DNA of 64,000 bases, from the NCBI GenBank assembly GCA_963776275.1, contig CAVZMI010000023.1:128001-192000 (forward strand), given 5' to 3'. Positions 59,062 to 64,000 of this stretch are shown here, piece by piece. The position numbers and the translations under genes are program-made. The DNA is from Ignavibacteriota bacterium (lineage in GTDB: Bacteria > Bacteroidota > Ignavibacteria > UBA10030 > CAVZMI01). Below the pieces are notes generated by a model. The model was not told the DNA's origin and searched no databases. It worked only from the letters and a program-made list of their open reading frames with translations. Positions within the stretch are counted from its first letter, which is position 1. Every line of letters begins with the position of its first letter.

Positions 59062-60110
59062 TGGTTTTGCTGATGAGCAAGCCGGTAATGTTCGAGCCCC
59101 CAGTGTGTTTCTTTCATGATGACTTTTATGACTGTCGCAACCGGAATAGCAAGAACCATCCCGATAACACCGATGAGCTGACTGCCGATAAAGATATACA
59201 GAATCACAGTAACCGGATGTGTCTTGACACTTCGTGAATAGAGAAATGGGATTATGATCATATCGTCAAATAAACGAATTCCAATGAACATAAGAGCTAA
59301 TGGAAACACCATAGTCAATCCACCAAACTGGTTCATGGAGACGACTATTGCGCTGATAGCGCTTATTAGCGGACCGATATACGGTATGAGATTAAGGATC
59401 GTGGAAACAAGTCCGAGTACCGGTGCGCTCTGGATACCGAACAACAACAGGCCAATGGTTACAAGAGACCCGACTATGACCGCCTCGATGATTACTCCAC
59501 GGATATATTGTTTTAGCTGGGTGCGAATTTTGTAGAGGACATTCAGTCCCATCTCAAAATATCGGTTCGGTATGAGTTCCACAAATCCCTTTTGCATCCG
59601 GGGACCATCCTTAAGCAGGAAAAATGTGATGAAGGGAATGATGGTTGCAAACGTTATAATCGAGGCGACGCTTGAAAGAATATCCATGGCCTGCGAGATA
59701 AGAGAAGTAAGTTCCGACTGGATGCGGGAGCTGATATCTCCCGGACGGATCATAGGGATTACTTTTCGGATTTCTTCCTCGAACCCGCGTATTCGTGCTG
59801 CGAATGGAAACTGCTGGACGGTGTTTCCGAGTACTGAGAGGTCACTGATGAGCACCGGTAGTAAAAGGGCGATAATCCATGCAATTGATCCAAAACCCAC
59901 AATGAAAATTCCCAGTATGCTAATAGTGCGTGAAACCATGTGCCGTTCGAACCATTCGACAATCGGCCAGAGGAAAAATGTGATTACTCCGGCGATCAGC
60001 ACAAGAATCCCGATACTCAAAAATTGCGCTGCAATAAATAGTGCAAGGGTAACAACAATAAGAACAATCGTTACCTTACCAATATTCGATGATAGAAATG
60101 TGTGAAACAT
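59058..60110 (-). CDS. AI-2E/PerM family transporter (tandem paralog)
   Basis: FF.LKDG, IPNRYFE, IPYIGP, HPV, G..GM.LAIP. Confidence 0.88.
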   Translation of the reverse strand: MFHTFLSSNIGKVTIVLIVVTLALFIAAQFLSIGILVLIAGVITFFLWPIVEWFERHMVSRTISILGIFIVGFGSIAWIIALLLPVLISDLSVLGNTVQQFPFAARIRGFEEEIRKVIPMIRPGDISSRIQSELTSLISQAMDILSSVASIITFATIIPFITFFLLKDGPRMQKGFVELIPNRYFEMGLNVLYKIRTQLKQYIRGVIIEAVIVGSLVTIGLLLFGIQSAPVLGLVSTILNLIPYIGPLISAISAIVVSMNQFGGLTMVFPLALMFIGIRLFDDMIIIPFLYSRSVKTHPVTVILYIFIGSQLIGVIGMVLAIPVATVIKVIMKETHWGLEHYRLAHQQNQ

Positions 60111-60116
60111 AGATTC

Positions 60117-60758
60117 TCATTCCTTGTGTAATACCTCGTCCACGACATGACCGATGATATCCCATTCGAATCCCCGTTGAGCGAGAAATTGTGCAAGCCT
60201 CTGTTTTTGTTTTTTTAGATCGAGTTTTTCAAATTGTGATCGTGAAACCCTGAGTTTTTTTCTTGCGGCAGCCAGGGCAATCGTTTCTTCTTTCTGAGTT
60301 TCAAGCGTGGCCGTCAGTACATTGTCGATAATTTCCTTGTGGATACCCTTGAGACGCAATCGTTGTAAAAGTGCGCGTCGCCCGATCGGGCGCTTCTGCA
60401 AACAATCTGTAACATAGGCTACGGCGAATTGGGTATCGTTGAGATAGCCGGACGAACGGAAATCGTCAATAAGTCTAAGGATTGTATCAGCCGAGAACCC
60501 TTTCTTCTGAAGTTTTTGATTCAGTTCTTTTTCACTATGCATTCGCCGCGAGAGATAATCGAGCGCCTTCCGCTTTGCCTGAAAGAGCTCTTCAGCTGCT
60601 TGGATTTTTGCTATGAGACTTTCATCAACCTGATCCCCGCGTCGTAATCCGAACTGAATGAGAACATCGGTGCTCATGCCGAGGAGAAATTTCCCATCGA
60701 CAATGAGATTTTTCCGTGCTGGATCCTTCTTCTGCGTTTCTATCGCAGTAATTCGCAT
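60117..60758 (-). CDS. recX: Regulatory protein RecX
   Basis: AL.YLSRR..S..EL..KL, YLND..FA, L..RGF. Confidence 0.9.
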   Translation of the reverse strand: MRITAIETQKKDPARKNLIVDGKFLLGMSTDVLIQFGLRRGDQVDESLIAKIQAAEELFQAKRKALDYLSRRMHSEKELNQKLQKKGFSADTILRLIDDFRSSGYLNDTQFAVAYVTDCLQKRPIGRRALLQRLRLKGIHKEIIDNVLTATLETQKEETIALAAARKKLRVSRSQFEKLDLKKQKQRLAQFLAQRGFEWDIIGHVVDEVLHKE

Positions 60759-60771
60759 TAAAAGATTCGCT

Positions 60772-61458
60772 TTACGAAAACAAACGTGCAAGTCCGAAGG
60801 CTGTTATCGCTGCCAATCCGCCGATAAAAACAGTCTGGAATGCGCTTCGAAACGGAGCCACTCCGGTAAAACGGCCTTTAACGTATCCGAAGATAATGAG
60901 TGCAAGAAACGTTACTATAACCGACATCCAGAGAGCTGTCCGAATGCTCGAGAAAAGCATGTAAGGGCCAAGAGGTATGAATCCCCCTGTAATATACGCT
61001 CCGGCAATTGTCAGGGCGCTTGTTAACGCCCTCTGGGGATTTGGTTTTTCAAGCCCGAGTTCAAAACGCATCATAAAATCAACCCATTCCTCGGGCCTTC
61101 GGCTGAGTGCTGAAACGACTATTTTACTTTCCTCTTCCTTTATTCCGTATTCCTCGAACACCCTCGTAATTTCAGCTTTTTCTTCTTCCGGGATTTCCTT
61201 TACTTCCTGTTGTTCACGAAGTCTTTCTGAGTCATAATGCTCAGCCTCACTTTTGGCAGCGAGGTATCCGCCCAGTCCCATCGCGATCGAACCGGCTGCA
61301 ATCTCTGCAAGTCCCGCGGTTACAATGATTCCCGAGGCAACCACAGCACCTGTTAATCCGGCCGCAAGAGCAAAAGGAACGGTTAGACCATCTGACATTC
61401 CTATCACAATATCACGGACTGTCTCCGATCCGGTAAAGTGAGTTTCTGTATGCGGCAT
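60772..61458 (-). CDS. VIT1/CCC1 iron/manganese transporter
   Basis: RDIVIGMSDGLTVPFALAAG, MGLGGYLA, FMMRFELG. Confidence 0.92.
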   Translation of the reverse strand: MPHTETHFTGSETVRDIVIGMSDGLTVPFALAAGLTGAVVASGIIVTAGLAEIAAGSIAMGLGGYLAAKSEAEHYDSERLREQQEVKEIPEEEKAEITRVFEEYGIKEEESKIVVSALSRRPEEWVDFMMRFELGLEKPNPQRALTSALTIAGAYITGGFIPLGPYMLFSSIRTALWMSVIVTFLALIIFGYVKGRFTGVAPFRSAFQTVFIGGLAAITAFGLARLFS

Positions 61459-61471
61459 TTGAGAAGTGATC

Positions 61472-62566
61472 CTATGGTTTTTGTGCCGGTTTCTTAGTAG
61501 TTTGTGGTGGTTCGACTTTTTCAGGTTTTGGTGGTGTCGTCGGCGGTGATGCGATCTGCCGCTGAGGCAGACCAAGCTTTGTACGTACGCTAGTCTCGAC
61601 TTCCGCCATCATCTTTGGTGATTCCTGCAGATATTTCTTTACTGCATCCCGTCCCTGCCCGATACGTTCGGGGCCATACGAGAACCAGGCACCGCTTTTC
61701 TGGATTACGTTCAACTCGACTGCGGTATCGATCAGGTCGCCGAGTTTTGAAATGCCTTCGTTATAAAGAATATCAAATTGTGCTTCTCGGAACGGTGGTG
61801 CGACTTTATTCTTCACAATTTTCACTTTTGTTCTGTTGCCGATGACGTTTGTGCCGTCTTTCAATGCTTCGATCCGTCTGACATCCATACGAACCGATGC
61901 ATAAAACTTGAGGGCATTCCCGCCCGTTGTCGTTTCCGGATTGCCGAACATCACGCCGATTTTCATGCGAAGCTGGTTAGTGAAGATGACGGAAGTGTTA
62001 GATTTGGCAATTGCAGAAGTCAGTTTCCGTAGTGCCTGTGACATAAGCCGTGCCTGTATACCCATTTGTGGATCGCCCATCTCCCCCTCGATCTCGGCGC
62101 GCGGAGTAAGTGCTGCAACAGAATCGATGACGATAACATCCAATGCGCCGCTCCGAACGAGTGTTTCCACGATTTCCAGTGCCTGCTCTCCAAATTCGGG
62201 TTGGGATAGAAGGAGGTCGTTCACGTTTACACCGAGACGTTTTGCATATCCCATATCCATTGCATTTTCAGCATCAATGAACGCAGCAAGCCCTCCCGCC
62301 TTTTGAGCTTCGGTAATAATATGGAGACACAGGGTCGTTTTCCCCGATGATTCAGGACCATAGATTTCGATTACCCTTCCCCGAGGGACGCCCCCGATGC
62401 CCAGAGCGGCGTCAAGTGAAATCGAGCCGGTGGAAATTGATTCAATCTTGGCAACCGGACCTTCTCCAAGACGCATGACCGAACCTTTGCCATGCTCTTT
62501 TTCAATCTGGTCGATTGCGTTTTGTAATGCTTGTAGGCGCTGTGTTTTAGTCCTCTCGTCAGCCAT
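61472..62566 (-). CDS. recA: Recombinase A
   Basis: [37 protein letters not shown]. Confidence 0.98.
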   Translation of the reverse strand: MADERTKTQRLQALQNAIDQIEKEHGKGSVMRLGEGPVAKIESISTGSISLDAALGIGGVPRGRVIEIYGPESSGKTTLCLHIITEAQKAGGLAAFIDAENAMDMGYAKRLGVNVNDLLLSQPEFGEQALEIVETLVRSGALDVIVIDSVAALTPRAEIEGEMGDPQMGIQARLMSQALRKLTSAIAKSNTSVIFTNQLRMKIGVMFGNPETTTGGNALKFYASVRMDVRRIEALKDGTNVIGNRTKVKIVKNKVAPPFREAQFDILYNEGISKLGDLIDTAVELNVIQKSGAWFSYGPERIGQGRDAVKKYLQESPKMMAEVETSVRTKLGLPQRQIASPPTTPPKPEKVEPPQTTKKPAQKP

Positions 62567-62575
62567 GCGAACTCC

Positions 62576-63142
62576 TTATTTCTGTAGTGCAATGGTTTGT
62601 ATTCTTGTGTAAATGGAGCCGGTAGAACGAAGCTCGCTCTTCATGAAGTGAACCTCGTCGATGATTACTGGATGTGGTTCAAATGTAACGCTTTGGAACA
62701 TTTTAATCAAGCTCGGAATATTTTGCCTTCCCTTTACTCTTGCTAGAGTGATATGGGGGTGAAATGACCTATTTTCGCGTTCAAAGCCATATCGTACTAC
62801 AATATCGTCTATATTTTTTTTTATCCGGACAAGTGTCCCATCATCATTATGTGAACCGGCCCAGATTATACGCGGGTTTCGTGTATCGGGGAAACAACCG
62901 AGTCCCTCGTATATTAAAGAGAACGATGGGAGGTTACAGACGACATTTGAACATTCGGTCATCAGTTGAGGGAGTTGACGCTCGTCGACATTTCCTAGAA
63001 AACGAAGTGTAATATGGAGCTTTTCGGGCGGTTCCCATTTGACCTCGGCACGCGAGGTATTCAATTCAGCCTGAATTTCGCTCAACACTTGCCTGACGTT
63101 GTCGGGAGTTGGGATCGCTATGAATGTGCGGATTGATGCCAT
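62576..63142 (-). CDS. thpR: RNA 2',3'-cyclic phosphodiesterase
   Basis: R.FIAI and two HITL motifs. Confidence 0.92.
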   Translation of the reverse strand: MASIRTFIAIPTPDNVRQVLSEIQAELNTSRAEVKWEPPEKLHITLRFLGNVDERQLPQLMTECSNVVCNLPSFSLIYEGLGCFPDTRNPRIIWAGSHNDDGTLVRIKKNIDDIVVRYGFERENRSFHPHITLARVKGRQNIPSLIKMFQSVTFEPHPVIIDEVHFMKSELRSTGSIYTRIQTIALQK

Positions 63143-63354
63143 TTGTCTTAGTTATTTTAACTCCGTGGGCGATGAATATATAATTTCTTTTTCTAAAATA
63201 TAATACCACAGCATTATTCAGGGCAATGAGTGGTACGGTGCTCTCTTTTTAAAATCGAAATTAATAATAAGAGCACCGACACAGAGGACTCAGAGGGTCC
63301 ATAAAGGTCACAGAGTATGGGGCTTACTATTCTATTCATTATAGATGTTGTAGT

Positions 63355-64000
63355 CTATTGTTCCAGAGCAATCGAAAGGATTTTTCTCCTCACCAGCTCC
63401 ATCGCCGCCTGAGAAGCCCGCTCTTTTGTCCGCATCCGGTTATTACCGAAATTAAATTGAAGCGCGAATGAACTTTCCGTATCTGCATAACCGATCCATA
63501 CAAGACCGACCGGTTTTTCAGGCGTGCCGCCCGACGGTCCGGCTATACCCGTCGTGGAAATACCGATTGTCGTCTTGGCGGTTTTTCGGATTCCCTCAGC
63601 CATGGCAAGAGCTACTTCACGGCTTACCGCGCCATGCCGGGCAATGAGCTCAGACGGAACACCGAGCAGTTCAATCTTCGAAGCATTGCCGTATGTGACG
63701 ACCCCCCGTTCGAAGTATTCCGAACTTCCCGGAACATTCGTCAGACGATCTGCTATCATCCCGCCGGTACACGATTCGGCCACAGCAATCGTCATTTTCC
63801 GTTCCTTCAGGATGTGGCCGACTATTTCCTCGAGATCTTCTTCGCCTGTCGCATAAATATATTTATCGACTTTCGCGCGGATCTGCTGTTCTACTTCCTG
63901 AATTTTCTTCTCAGCGGCAGCAACCGACGGCTCGTTAACGGTTATGCGCAGGCGTGTGCCGTGCGGCGATGGCAGAAACGCAAGGGTTGCTCCGCCAAGG
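63355..64000 (-). CDS. cinA: CinA/PncC (NMN deamidase) protein, 5' part outside the window
   Basis: AESCTGG, PGSS.YF, HGAVS, TGIAGP.GG...KPVG.V; the frame continues to the window edge. Confidence 0.92.
   Translation of the reverse strand, partial: LGGATLAFLPSPHGTRLRITVNEPSVAAAEKKIQEVEQQIRAKVDKYIYATGEEDLEEIVGHILKERKMTIAVAESCTGGMIADRLTNVPGSSEYFERGVVTYGNASKIELLGVPSELIARHGAVSREVALAMAEGIRKTAKTTIGISTTGIAGPSGGTPEKPVGLVWIGYADTESSFALQFNFGNNRMRTKERASQAAMELVRRKILSIALEQ

Overview
Bacterial genomic DNA, most likely Ignavibacteria-like (Bacteroidota/Chlorobi lineage). This is inferred from several 'NYPNPFNP...ETKKLVLLR' T9SS C-terminal domains, a PorQ/PorV-family gene and a GWxTD protein. The window has two halves. 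(1) ~1-28.8 kb is an accessory region in which almost every gene is on the + strand. It reads as a decaying integron cassette array with no integrase in the window. It has long (~190-200 bp) attC sites, and two cassettes show perfect 15-16 bp R'/R'' complementarity. The spacers are mosaics of five recurring non-coding modules (here A-E) plus nested REP-like palindromes, and two REP-associated tyrosine transposases (RAYT) are present. Cargo shifts from secreted T9SS proteins (YCF48-like, GH74, CBM) and a solo SecD P1 domain to defence-like genes (PD-(D/E)xK, HEPN-like, TIR-TM, DUF2971). The region ends in a type IIG R-M gene with an apparently swapped target-recognition domain and downstream relics of other 3' ends. 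(2) ~29-64 kb is core genome: rbr, hemerythrin, tRNA-Phe, queC, rpmE, rsmB, tdh-kbl, mrp-nifU, ftsE, pdxA, pepA, nrnA, korAB, rplI-rpsR-ssb-rpsF, pth, rplY, prs, tRNA-Gln, bioY, recX, recA, thpR, cinA. It also contains one orphan lipoprotein with a 39-bp Cys/His/Gly/Asn tandem repeat. Several housekeeping genes carry single-base frameshifts that look like sequencing errors, so pseudogene calls are uncertain. All calls were made by eye; no searches were run.
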